From positions 157 to 64,156 of the forward strand of contig LCCV01000005.1 in NCBI GenBank assembly GCA_000998135.1: DNA of 64,000 nucleotides, given 5' to 3'. A program made the translations under genes and the position numbers. A model generated the notes under the pieces. It ran no database searches, was not told where the DNA came from, and saw only the letters and a list, made by a program, of their open reading frames with translations. Positions 9,304 to 17,969 of this stretch are shown in pieces. Position 1 is the first letter of the stretch. The number at the start of each line of letters is the position of its first letter. This stretch comes from Parcubacteria group bacterium GW2011_GWA2_42_14 (GTDB lineage Bacteria > Patescibacteriota > Minisyncoccia > Sungbacterales > GWA2-42-14).

Positions 9304-10647
9304 ATGAAACAATCAACAACAACCCCTCCTGACGCCTTGGGGAAAATGACGGCAGAAATAACTGTCATGGCGCCGCAGATGCGCTACTGTCTTTATGCGC
9401 GGAAGAGTACCGCCGAGGAGGACCGGCAGGCTCTTTCCATAGAATCGCAGGTAAAAGAAATGCTTGCGATGGCGGAACGCGAACGACTTCACGTGGTCGA
9501 AGTGAAGCGCGAATCGCACTCATCTAAAGAAGCTGGCCAGCGGCCAATCTTCAATCAGATGATCGCCGAGATCAAAGAGGAAAAGTACAACGGGGTGCTC
9601 GCGTGGGCACCAGACCGGCTTTCGAGAAATGCAGGAGACCTGGGTTCGGTGGTCGATCTGATGGACCAGAAGTTACTGGTTGAGATCAGAACTTACGGCC
9701 AGCGATTTACAAATAACCCGAACGAGAAATTTCTTTTGATGATTCTCGGCTCGCAGGCAAAATTGGAAAACGATCAAAAGGGCGTGAACGTAAAACGCGG
9801 GCTAAGAGCCAGATGCGAGATGGGTCTATGGCCTGCTCCGGCACCAACCGGATACCTCAACGACAAGAGCCGGGACAAAAAATGCCATATCATTATAGAT
9901 CCAAAACGCGGACCGGTTATAAAGCAAATGTATGAAAAAGTTGCGAATGAAAGTTGGAGCGGTAAACGGCTGTATCACTGGCTAAAAGATACAAAATTTA
10001 CATCCGTCTACGGCAAACCACTAACATTGAGTAATGTATATTTGATATTAAAAAATACCTTATATTATGGAGTGTTCGAATATCCGAAAAAAAGCGGAAA
10101 CTTGTACACCGGCATCCATCAGCCGCTTATAACAAAAGAGATTTTTGAAAAAGTGCAAACGCAGATCAAGAGAAGCAAGATCTTAAGCCCTTATGGTGGC
10201 AAGGAATTCGCCTTCACGCGGCTTATCTCATGCGGAAATTGCGGAACGACGCTGGGCGCGGATGAGAAATTGAAGAAACTCAAAAACGGGCACATAAATA
10301 GACATGTGTATTATAGCTGTACGAAACGATGGTCAAGAGATTGCAAAAGCGGATTCATCAACGAGCCCGAATTAATTGGACAGCTTATGGCCATCATCGA
10401 CACGGTTAAACTCGACAAAACCGGCATTAGGGAAAAACTTGATGGCGAGATCAGTCGCTATCGAAAATTCCAATCTGGTGTTCTCGGCATCAAAGAGATA
10501 CACGACCAAAAATCCAAGGACTTGGACATCCGGAATTATGCGAAATACATCTTCAAAGAAGGAGCAATCTATGAAAAACGCGAACTGCTATCGTGCTTGA
10601 GAAGCAAACTGATATTCAAAGATAAAAAACTTTCGCTCGAAGCATAA
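9304..10647 (+). CDS. Large serine recombinase (resolvase/invertase N-domain, recombinase domain, zinc ribbon)
   Basis: YARKSTAEEDRQALSIESQ matches the catalytic motif of serine recombinases. A CGNCGTT ... YYSC zinc-ribbon-like region lies in the C-terminal half. Confidence 0.85.
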   Translation: MKQSTTTPPDALGKMTAEITVMAPQMRYCLYARKSTAEEDRQALSIESQVKEMLAMAERERLHVVEVKRESHSSKEAGQRPIFNQMIAEIKEEKYNGVLAWAPDRLSRNAGDLGSVVDLMDQKLLVEIRTYGQRFTNNPNEKFLLMILGSQAKLENDQKGVNVKRGLRARCEMGLWPAPAPTGYLNDKSRDKKCHIIIDPKRGPVIKQMYEKVANESWSGKRLYHWLKDTKFTSVYGKPLTLSNVYLILKNTLYYGVFEYPKKSGNLYTGIHQPLITKEIFEKVQTQIKRSKILSPYGGKEFAFTRLISCGNCGTTLGADEKLKKLKNGHINRHVYYSCTKRWSRDCKSGFINEPELIGQLMAIIDTVKLDKTGIREKLDGEISRYRKFQSGVLGIKEIHDQKSKDLDIRNYAKYIFKEGAIYEKRELLSCLRSKLIFKDKKLSLEA

Positions 10648-10694
10648 CCAATCCAAACGAAAAGCCGCCGAATGAGGGGAGTTTTTATCCGAAT

Positions 10695-13600
10695 CTACTT
10701 TTTATGAGGGGGCAAAACATTAGTATAAGTTTTTCCAACCAATTTGCCATCTACTTTCATCCTAAACGCACCACCCATTTCCAATCTCCCAAGGAAACCT
10801 TCTCCACTACCCATAGTTCCTAGTAAGAGTTTTTCTCCAATAACCGCCCAAATTATCTCGTAGCCATTCTTTTTTAGAAACTCAATCAAGGGTTTCTTTT
10901 TGATAATCAACGCTCCCGAACCTGCATCAGCCACTGAAGGGTCTTGTGCCACCACCTCACCTTTTTTATTGATGAATTTACCAGACTCTTTGCTCTGGTG
11001 AATATTCATCCCCTTAATTAACTCCTTTGCTGGTATGTGAATGGCTAACCCCTCTTCTAGTGAGCAATCAAAGCCGCTTCCTTCCCAATGGTATTCTTCT
11101 GTAGTCTTAATTACATTAAATGGCGTAATCTTTCGTTCCTTATCCTCAACTTTTATCCAACGCTTTTTATTGGAGACATTGTACTCGTTTTGGTATGCAA
11201 TAGAGTTTGGAATTTCTCTTAGAAAGAGACTACGCAACTCCAGCGGGTCAGGCATCCATCTACCCATAAAATCTTGTTTCTTTGCCCAGGCGAACATCCT
11301 ATTAACTTCTTTTTTCTTAACAATGTAACTACGCAATATATACCAAACATCACGCCTGATTTTATCGAATTTCTCCTCACCAGGAACGGGAGGCTGTTCC
11401 CACCGTACATAACCGTCCAAAAGCAACCATCCGCCTTTCGATTTAATTTCTATTAGATTTTTTTGAGTTGGTAAATCATTTTTAACTTTTGTCCATTGAG
11501 TATGGTTAAGTGAGGGACGCCAATGCTTATAAACAGCACTAATCCACCAGGGTTTTTTTGCCGATGAATCAATCGGGGTCTTATGCAAAAGACAAGATGG
11601 GTCAATGTCCCGCTCACACATTTGCCAAGTCCCCTGGTAGGGTTCAAAGGTGTCTCTCCAAGCACCTCTATAGACAAAGTTATCAGCAATTCTTCCCAAT
11701 ACCTCGTGGAAAGCTATCCATTGATACTTTTTACCAATACGCTCGCTTTTATGAGCATCTCTACCCATTTCTCTAACTGTTGAATCATATTTGGCAAATA
11801 GCTTCGGTCTCCAACCTAATTGGACGATTCTTTGAAATATGAGTCGTTGAATCTCTGCATCATTCAAGTCATCACTACCTTTAGGATTTTCACGATAAGG
11901 GAGAACACCTTTCTTGTATAGTTTTTGTTGCACATCGCTTAAAGTCTCAATAAAAACTTTCTCAAGATTTTTAACAAAAGTTTCCGCTTCTTTCAGCTGC
12001 TCTTTCATGAACTTATTTTCTGGTAATTGGTCTCCTTCTCTTCTTGGAAAATCTGTCATCCTTAATTGCCAGTCAGTGGATTGACGCATACTTTCAATTT
12101 TTTTCCACCTCTTTTTTTCTATTCGATTTAGACTGGTATTAAATTCCGCATCTATTTCCTTAATGGTTTTCTTTCTTTTTCCATTTTTTGATAATCTCAA
12201 GTTGCACCAATGGTTTAGAGTTGAACCCACAACATAATTCCCGAAGTCAGCAATACCTCCTTCATTGTTATACATCAATGAATACCAGATAGCGCCGTAG
12301 TCTCCATTTTTCCTTTTGCGACCACTTCCTTTTGGATACTTTTTCTTTAAATCGGCTAGAGTTGGCACTACTGTTGGAAATGAACTCCCGTATGGTGGTC
12401 TGATTCTTCGTATATCAATCTTATTTTTTAGTGTAGCATCCTGGGAAATCGCAAGCTCCATAATGCCGCGCGCATAGTCTCGTAATAAAATATGAGTGGG
12501 CGGCTTTCTGTCTTTGAAAATATTATTGTATGTGTAAAGTGCAAGCGTAGAAACATCCTCTCTTTTGTTTTCAGGCTGCAAAACACAACCGTAAGCTGCT
12601 GCATAAAGTCGTTCTTGTATGTAGGGGTCATCAACTCCTTTAAAGTCCTCTAACACCTTCAAAAGCACGGGGATTCTCCCGTTCAGCATTGATACCAACG
12701 CTTTCGTTGCTCTATCCCTCAAGAATCTATTTGAACTCGCTAAAAACCAAGCCAAAGTAACGCCAGCTAATCTCAACGAATCATTTTGTATCGTGCTTTT
12801 GTCTCCTCCGTCCCACGACCAAGTAAGAAGACGATTTATTGCGCCCTCATCACCATATCGGCTATTTATAAAAGGCAACCAAAACGCATCGCGTTGCGGC
12901 ATTTTCTTTTTTGCCAAATGCCTATGAAGTAACTTTGCATTTAACGGGTGGCTGGGTATGGCAGAAACAGTGATTAAGGTCTCCAAAATTTTTTCGTTGC
13001 CACCGTAATAAGGCAAGATGTATTTATTCAAATAATTTAAAATCCGTCTCTGGTTGATGTATTTTGTTTTCCCTTTTTTTAGCGATAAATCTCTCCAAAT
13101 GAGGCTTTCTAAAAAACTATCTTTCGCAATCTCTTGATAACGAAACTTATTTGGAGCCACATAAACTAATTCTCTACCGCGCAATCTCTCTGGCACTTGG
13201 ATGGATAAAGCCTCAATAAGTCCGCGGTTCCATTGTTCGCCGATAATATTGCCCAACCTTGTTCCTTTTTTTAACGACTGTTTTGGAAGAGTTGTGTTTA
13301 AATGTTTTGTTAAAAGATTCCTTACAATTAGATGGTCGCTGAATTTCTGATATGGAAATCTATAATCAAAGCCGATAATCTTATACTTTTTATAACGAGG
13401 AACTTTAGTTATTAACCAATATTTCTCTAAAAACCACAACACCTTTTTTCCTTTAGATGGGAACTGTTTTGCGGCAATTGATACCGCTTGCTTTTCTGGT
13501 ATCCTGTCAGTTCCATTTTCGCCCATATAAAGTGCGAGTTCTTTTATAGTTCCGTTCCAAATTCTTCTAACGCTTTCTCCTGATTCTCCTAATTTTTTTA

Positions 13601-14837
13601 GAACTGCATCGCCTTGAGTAATAACATATTTCTCGAAGATGTGAGTAAATCCTCGATGCCCCTTTATTGGCTCTGGTGATTTGGCAGATGCCTCACAAAA
13701 AATTTTCAAAAATAGAGGTATACGAAATTCTGGAAATAGGATAGGTACTTCGGGAAGGGGCAGTTTATATTCTGTAAAAAATTTTGTTAAAGCCTCCCAT
13801 TCGTGAGTGGCAAAACCCTCGTGTTCGACTCTTACATAACTTTTTAGTACAGATAGCGGGAGTTCACTCTGCTCAAAACCAGAACGAATACTCAAAATTA
13901 CACCAAGATTTTTGTACCTACTAATTAAATTAAATTGTTCCCAATGAACACCGAATACCTGGCTTTCATTTACGGCATCAACCACAATAATTGCCCTCGT
14001 GCGTTTTGCACCAGCGTAATCATTTAGAGCTTGGATGAATGTTTTATTTGATGTATTTATTGCTAACAGATTTTTAGCCGTACCCCACGGATTTTTAGAG
14101 TTATTAAATTCTTCACCAAGAAATATGAAAGTGGGTAACCCGTGGCTTATCCTGTATTTTGATAGGTCGCATAGAAAATGAGTCTTTCCTGAACCAGCTA
14201 TGCCGTTTAAAAGAACGCGGGGATTATTGGCAGCCAAAGCTGTATTACTTTTTGAGAAATCTATTAAGGAACTTAAAACACTGCCAATTTTGTATAAGTG
14301 ATGTTTTTCGTTTCTAAACTTTTCGTCCTCAATATATGTTATTCTCTCTCCCTTTTTCGGCTTGTTAATCGGATTTTCTTGTTCTTTTTTCTTTCTATTC
14401 TCCTCTTCGTTTTCTCGTAATAAGTGTGTACATTTATAGGCGGCTTCTTTTGCATTGTTGCTTATCGAATATATTTTCTTAAAATCTATTTTCGCTACGC
14501 CGCTATGCGGAATTTTCAATAAAAAGTTCACCACTTCTAGAAAGTGGCGTTTTACTTTTTCAAATTCTTTTGGAGCTACCTTGCTCACTTCTTCGTCTTT
14601 GATGCTCCTAAGATTTTTGATTATCTCATTAGCTGGGCTTTTTAATTCCTCATAAAACTTCGCTGTTCTTCCGAGACCATCGAATACTGAAGCAATGCTT
14701 ACCTCGACATTGAGTTTTGGAGTATATCTAGCTCCAGCAAGAGAGATAGCAACAGAAAGTCGTTTCTCTTGTGTGCTTTTATAGAGTTTTTTTTGTGAGA
14801 TTTTTTTCATAGTTTTATTATACAGCGCGCTCGACAA
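10695..14837 (-). CDS. Large (1380 aa) P-loop NTPase, STAND/NACHT-like; candidate defence NTPase
   Basis: Walker A GIAGSGKTH at about aa 210 and Walker B AIIVVDAVNES. The roughly 850-aa C-terminal region has no recognised motif. Confidence 0.55.
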   Translation of the reverse strand: MSSALYNKTMKKISQKKLYKSTQEKRLSVAISLAGARYTPKLNVEVSIASVFDGLGRTAKFYEELKSPANEIIKNLRSIKDEEVSKVAPKEFEKVKRHFLEVVNFLLKIPHSGVAKIDFKKIYSISNNAKEAAYKCTHLLRENEEENRKKKEQENPINKPKKGERITYIEDEKFRNEKHHLYKIGSVLSSLIDFSKSNTALAANNPRVLLNGIAGSGKTHFLCDLSKYRISHGLPTFIFLGEEFNNSKNPWGTAKNLLAINTSNKTFIQALNDYAGAKRTRAIIVVDAVNESQVFGVHWEQFNLISRYKNLGVILSIRSGFEQSELPLSVLKSYVRVEHEGFATHEWEALTKFFTEYKLPLPEVPILFPEFRIPLFLKIFCEASAKSPEPIKGHRGFTHIFEKYVITQGDAVLKKLGESGESVRRIWNGTIKELALYMGENGTDRIPEKQAVSIAAKQFPSKGKKVLWFLEKYWLITKVPRYKKYKIIGFDYRFPYQKFSDHLIVRNLLTKHLNTTLPKQSLKKGTRLGNIIGEQWNRGLIEALSIQVPERLRGRELVYVAPNKFRYQEIAKDSFLESLIWRDLSLKKGKTKYINQRRILNYLNKYILPYYGGNEKILETLITVSAIPSHPLNAKLLHRHLAKKKMPQRDAFWLPFINSRYGDEGAINRLLTWSWDGGDKSTIQNDSLRLAGVTLAWFLASSNRFLRDRATKALVSMLNGRIPVLLKVLEDFKGVDDPYIQERLYAAAYGCVLQPENKREDVSTLALYTYNNIFKDRKPPTHILLRDYARGIMELAISQDATLKNKIDIRRIRPPYGSSFPTVVPTLADLKKKYPKGSGRKRKNGDYGAIWYSLMYNNEGGIADFGNYVVGSTLNHWCNLRLSKNGKRKKTIKEIDAEFNTSLNRIEKKRWKKIESMRQSTDWQLRMTDFPRREGDQLPENKFMKEQLKEAETFVKNLEKVFIETLSDVQQKLYKKGVLPYRENPKGSDDLNDAEIQRLIFQRIVQLGWRPKLFAKYDSTVREMGRDAHKSERIGKKYQWIAFHEVLGRIADNFVYRGAWRDTFEPYQGTWQMCERDIDPSCLLHKTPIDSSAKKPWWISAVYKHWRPSLNHTQWTKVKNDLPTQKNLIEIKSKGGWLLLDGYVRWEQPPVPGEEKFDKIRRDVWYILRSYIVKKKEVNRMFAWAKKQDFMGRWMPDPLELRSLFLREIPNSIAYQNEYNVSNKKRWIKVEDKERKITPFNVIKTTEEYHWEGSGFDCSLEEGLAIHIPAKELIKGMNIHQSKESGKFINKKGEVVAQDPSVADAGSGALIIKKKPLIEFLKKNGYEIIWAVIGEKLLLGTMGSGEGFLGRLEMGGAFRMKVDGKLVGKTYTNVLPPHKK

Positions 14838-14898
14838 ATATCCAATAAACCTTATTCACAAAAACGAAAAGCCGCTGATTTCTCAGCGGACTTTTCGT

Positions 14899-14954
14899 TC
14901 TTGAATACGGCGCTCCCTCCTTCGCTAAAGCTACGGCGGGCACAGCAGCCGGTA
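14899..14954. repeat. Direct repeat copy 1 (TCTTGAATACGGCGCTCC ... GGGCACAGCAGCCGGTA) after a hairpin
   Basis: 18/18 and 17/17 identical blocks shared with 16204-16257. The interior is partly similar. Confidence 0.8.
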
Positions 14955-15093
14955 CTGCAGCTTTATCGGGGTTATTCACTAAATACTCAATTTTTAAAGG
15001 GTTACTTTTTGACCGATCTTTTTGATTTGACTTTTAAATCGCAATCTCATATAATCTAATATATCAACTATATAAGATTCGATAAGCTAAATT

Positions 15094-16146
15094 ATGAACC
15101 GGCTTAATACACGTATCAAAAAACTCCCCTACTCTATACTTGATCTTATCAATAAGATCGATGAACTGAAAGGCCAATGGGTGGGAGGTGCTAAATTAAA
15201 TCCACAAGCGCTCGGGCGGCTCAAGCATTCAACCTTGATTACATCAACGGGTGCTTCGACACGCATCGAGGGCGCACAGCTTTCCGATGAGGATGTGGAA
15301 AAACTGATGCGAGGACTTTCCATGCAAAAATTCGCCGACCGCGACAAGCAGGAGGCGAAAGGATATTACGAGTTGCTTGAAAATGTTTTTGCCGCATGGC
15401 AGAAGATACCGTTTTCTGAAAGTACCATCAAGCATCTGCACCGTGAACTGCTGAAATACGTAAAAAAAGATGATACCCATCGCGGAGAATATAAAAAGAT
15501 GGAAAACAAGGTAGTAATGCTCGATGAGGCCGGTAAACCGACTGCAACCCTTTTTGAGACAACGCCGACATATCTTACGCCAAAGGAAATGTTGGAACTT
15601 AGCGAATGGACCCGCGATGCACTGGCTATACGCGAATTCCATCCTCTGCTTGTCATCGGAAATTTTATCGTAGAGTTTCTGAACATCCACCCATTTCAGG
15701 ATGGCAACGGGCGGCTTTCCCGAATTCTGACAAATCTTCTCTTGCTCCAGCACGGATACACATATATGCCGTATGTCTCTCATGAAAAACTTATTGAAGA
15801 TAATAAGGCAGACTACTATGTAGTACTACGCAGAAGCCAGAAAACGTTTAAGACCGATTCCGAAAATGTGTCTCCCTGGATGGAGTTCTTCTTGAACATT
15901 CTTTTGTCACAGTCAAAACTCGCGATTGAGCTGCTTTCGCAAGAAAACATAGAACGCCTTCTTTCGCCGAAACAGCTTGCTGTATGGCAATACGTTGAAG
16001 GCGTTATTGAGGCAACACCGGGAAAAATCTCTAAAGCCACAAAGGTCGCCCGCCCAACGGTTTCCCAAGCGCTTGACGCACTCCTGCGCCTTAAAAAAGT
16101 GGAACGGATCGGGCAGGGGCGGACAACGAGATATAGAAAGATCTGA
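15094..16146 (+). CDS. fic: Fic/Doc-family protein (AMPylase-type) with C-terminal winged HTH
   Basis: Canonical Fic motif HPFQDGNGRLSR. Confidence 0.9.
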   Translation: MNRLNTRIKKLPYSILDLINKIDELKGQWVGGAKLNPQALGRLKHSTLITSTGASTRIEGAQLSDEDVEKLMRGLSMQKFADRDKQEAKGYYELLENVFAAWQKIPFSESTIKHLHRELLKYVKKDDTHRGEYKKMENKVVMLDEAGKPTATLFETTPTYLTPKEMLELSEWTRDALAIREFHPLLVIGNFIVEFLNIHPFQDGNGRLSRILTNLLLLQHGYTYMPYVSHEKLIEDNKADYYVVLRRSQKTFKTDSENVSPWMEFFLNILLSQSKLAIELLSQENIERLLSPKQLAVWQYVEGVIEATPGKISKATKVARPTVSQALDALLRLKKVERIGQGRTTRYRKI

Positions 16147-16177
16147 AGTCTTTCCCGGCAGATGCGGAAACAAAAAT

Positions 16178-16202
16178 TCACCCGGAAATGGGTGAATTTT
16201 TG
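16178..16202 (+). terminator. Rho-independent terminator of fic
   Basis: TCACCCggaaatGGGTGA followed by ATTTTT. Confidence 0.6.
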
Positions 16203-16203
16203 C

Positions 16204-16257
16204 TCTTGAATACGGCGCTCCTCCGCACAAGGCTGCGGACGGGCACAGCAGCCGGTA
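16204..16257. repeat. Direct repeat copy 2
   Basis: See copy 1. Lies immediately after the fic terminator. Confidence 0.8.
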
Positions 16258-16408
16258 TGACGTGGACTGTAACGAGTTTTCTTTGTAACTCCCCTGAGGC
16301 CCGAAACACTAGCTTTTTTAATGAGCGGTTCGAATCCGTGACGGGTCGAACTTTGACTCATTCAAAAAAGTGACGTGTTATGGGTCTCGGTAGGGGGTCG
16401 CAAGGACA

Positions 16409-16479
16409 CTGGGGGACAGGGATTCGAACCCCGATACCTGCCTCCAAAGGGCAGTGTCCTACCGTTAGACGATCCCCCA
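16409..16479 (-). tRNA. tRNA-Gln (anticodon TTG)
   Basis: The reverse complement reads TGGGGGATCGTCTAACGGTAGGACACTGCCCTTTGGAGGCAGGTATCGGGGTTCGAATCCCTGTCCCCCAG. It has a 7-bp acceptor stem, the anticodon loop CTTTGGA and the T-loop GTTCGAATC. CCA is not encoded. Confidence 0.8.
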
Positions 16480-16484
16480 ATAAC

Positions 16485-16817
16485 TTATTTTTTTAACCGT
16501 GCGGCAAGTGCGAATTGAAAAAAATATTTATCCAGGTCTTCAAATGTGCTTCCGTATTCTTTGCCACCATACATTGCGTCAACCACCATTTCTTTAGCGC
16601 GAAGAATTTCTTTAAGACGCCCTTTCCACCGAGGATCTTTGATGGTTAAATCCATAAGTTCGAGGGCGCGTTCCAGCGATTTTTCATATGCTCTTTTGTT
16701 CTCTTTTCGGATAAGCGCACGATGAATTTCACTCCCAACATTGCCTAACTGTTCTAAAAGTGAAAAATTTTGCCATCCGTCTTCAGCAATTGTTTTATGT
16801 TGAATTTCCGCAGTCAT
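16485..16817 (-). CDS. Hypothetical protein, 110 aa
   Basis: ORF only. Confidence 0.4.
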   Translation of the reverse strand: MTAEIQHKTIAEDGWQNFSLLEQLGNVGSEIHRALIRKENKRAYEKSLERALELMDLTIKDPRWKGRLKEILRAKEMVVDAMYGGKEYGSTFEDLDKYFFQFALAARLKK

Positions 16818-16823
16818 TTTTTA

Positions 16824-17183
16824 TCAAGATTGATTTTGTGTATAAATTAGACCGTTTACAATATCCCTTATCTTCTGTCTTATTTCCTGGTTTTCAACGC
16901 TTCTTGAACGATTTCCCCGCGATGGACGAACATTTATCATGGAATCAAATTCAATCCAAGCGTCATGCGCTGTGTCTAAACGCAAATTAATGCCCCAAAT
17001 ATTTTCTTGTTCAGAACCGTTTTCCAAAAGAACTTTTTCTTCGTCAGCATGCAATTCCCCTCCTATGGCCATAAGATTGTTTTCAATATCCACAGCCGCT
17101 TTTACCATGTCGCCAAACTGATTTCTTGCAATTTCTTCTATTGTTTTTTTTGAAATCGGCTCTTTTATAATCTGTATTGCCAT
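16824..17183 (-). CDS. Hypothetical protein, 119 aa (DUF-like)
   Basis: ORF only. Confidence 0.4.
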   Translation of the reverse strand: MAIQIIKEPISKKTIEEIARNQFGDMVKAAVDIENNLMAIGGELHADEEKVLLENGSEQENIWGINLRLDTAHDAWIEFDSMINVRPSRGNRSRSVENQEIRQKIRDIVNGLIYTQNQS

Positions 17184-17187
17184 AACG

Positions 17188-17886
17188 TTAAAGTTTAAAA
17201 ATTACGTCTTTACGCTCAACAATTATTTCCCATTTATGTTTTTTGGCGTGATTATAAAGTTTTATATTAGGATTAAAGGCGATGGGGCGCCGAACCATTT
17301 TTAAAAACGGAATATCGGAATCCGTATCCCCCACTCCGACGGACTCTTTAAGGGTCAGGCGTTCCTTATCTATGGCTCGCTTTAAAATTTTACCTTTGCG
17401 GTCAATTAAATCCTTATATAAAATTCCGCCGGTAAAACATTCTTTTTTGTCAATTTCAAACAAACGGCCGTAAACCTTATGAAAACCGAAAGCGCGGGCA
17501 AACGGGTCAACAATGTCAAAAGGAGAGCCGGAAATCGCGAGCATATAATAATTTTTTACTTCAAGCTCGCGCGCCAAATCGCGGGTAAATTTATAAACGC
17601 GGTTTTGATGAAAATCCATCACATGACGCGCCATATCCCAAACCACATGCTGTTTTACCCCCTTTATATATTTTTCGTAAGCGGCTATAACCCCCGAAAG
17701 ATATTCCTCATAAGACCCCCTGCGGTCAAGCCAGTTTAAGTAAGCGTGCGCGTAATACTCTTTGGCTTTCCGGGGAAATACTCCGGAGGAAATCAAATTT
17801 TCCAGAAGTTCACGGAGTAAACTGGAACGGAATATGGTGCCGTCGATGTCAAATACTGCTACTTTTCTTAATGGCTTATTCTTCAT
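17188..17886 (-). CDS. HAD-superfamily hydrolase (subfamily IB-like)
   Basis: Motif I FDIDGT and motif IV GVGDTDSD. Confidence 0.75.
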   Translation of the reverse strand: MKNKPLRKVAVFDIDGTIFRSSLLRELLENLISSGVFPRKAKEYYAHAYLNWLDRRGSYEEYLSGVIAAYEKYIKGVKQHVVWDMARHVMDFHQNRVYKFTRDLARELEVKNYYMLAISGSPFDIVDPFARAFGFHKVYGRLFEIDKKECFTGGILYKDLIDRKGKILKRAIDKERLTLKESVGVGDTDSDIPFLKMVRRPIAFNPNIKLYNHAKKHKWEIIVERKDVIFKL

Positions 17887-17969
17887 GCAAAAACAATAAA
17901 TTTCTATAAATTTCCATCAATTTCAATGAGTTTCAGAAATTAATAGAAACTGATAGAAACTTTTTGAAA

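Noticed and set aside
10695-14837. Calling the 1380-aa NTPase BrxC/PglY of a BREX system
   Set aside because: No PglX methyltransferase, PglZ phosphatase or BrxA/B genes are adjacent, so only the generic P-loop NTPase assignment is retained.
16290-16400. Possible second tRNA or tmRNA next to tRNA-Gln (GGTTCGAATCC motif on the plus strand)
   Set aside because: Only a T-arm-like segment is present. No acceptor-stem partner, D-arm or anticodon arm could be assembled. It is treated as a possible tRNA remnant or scar only.
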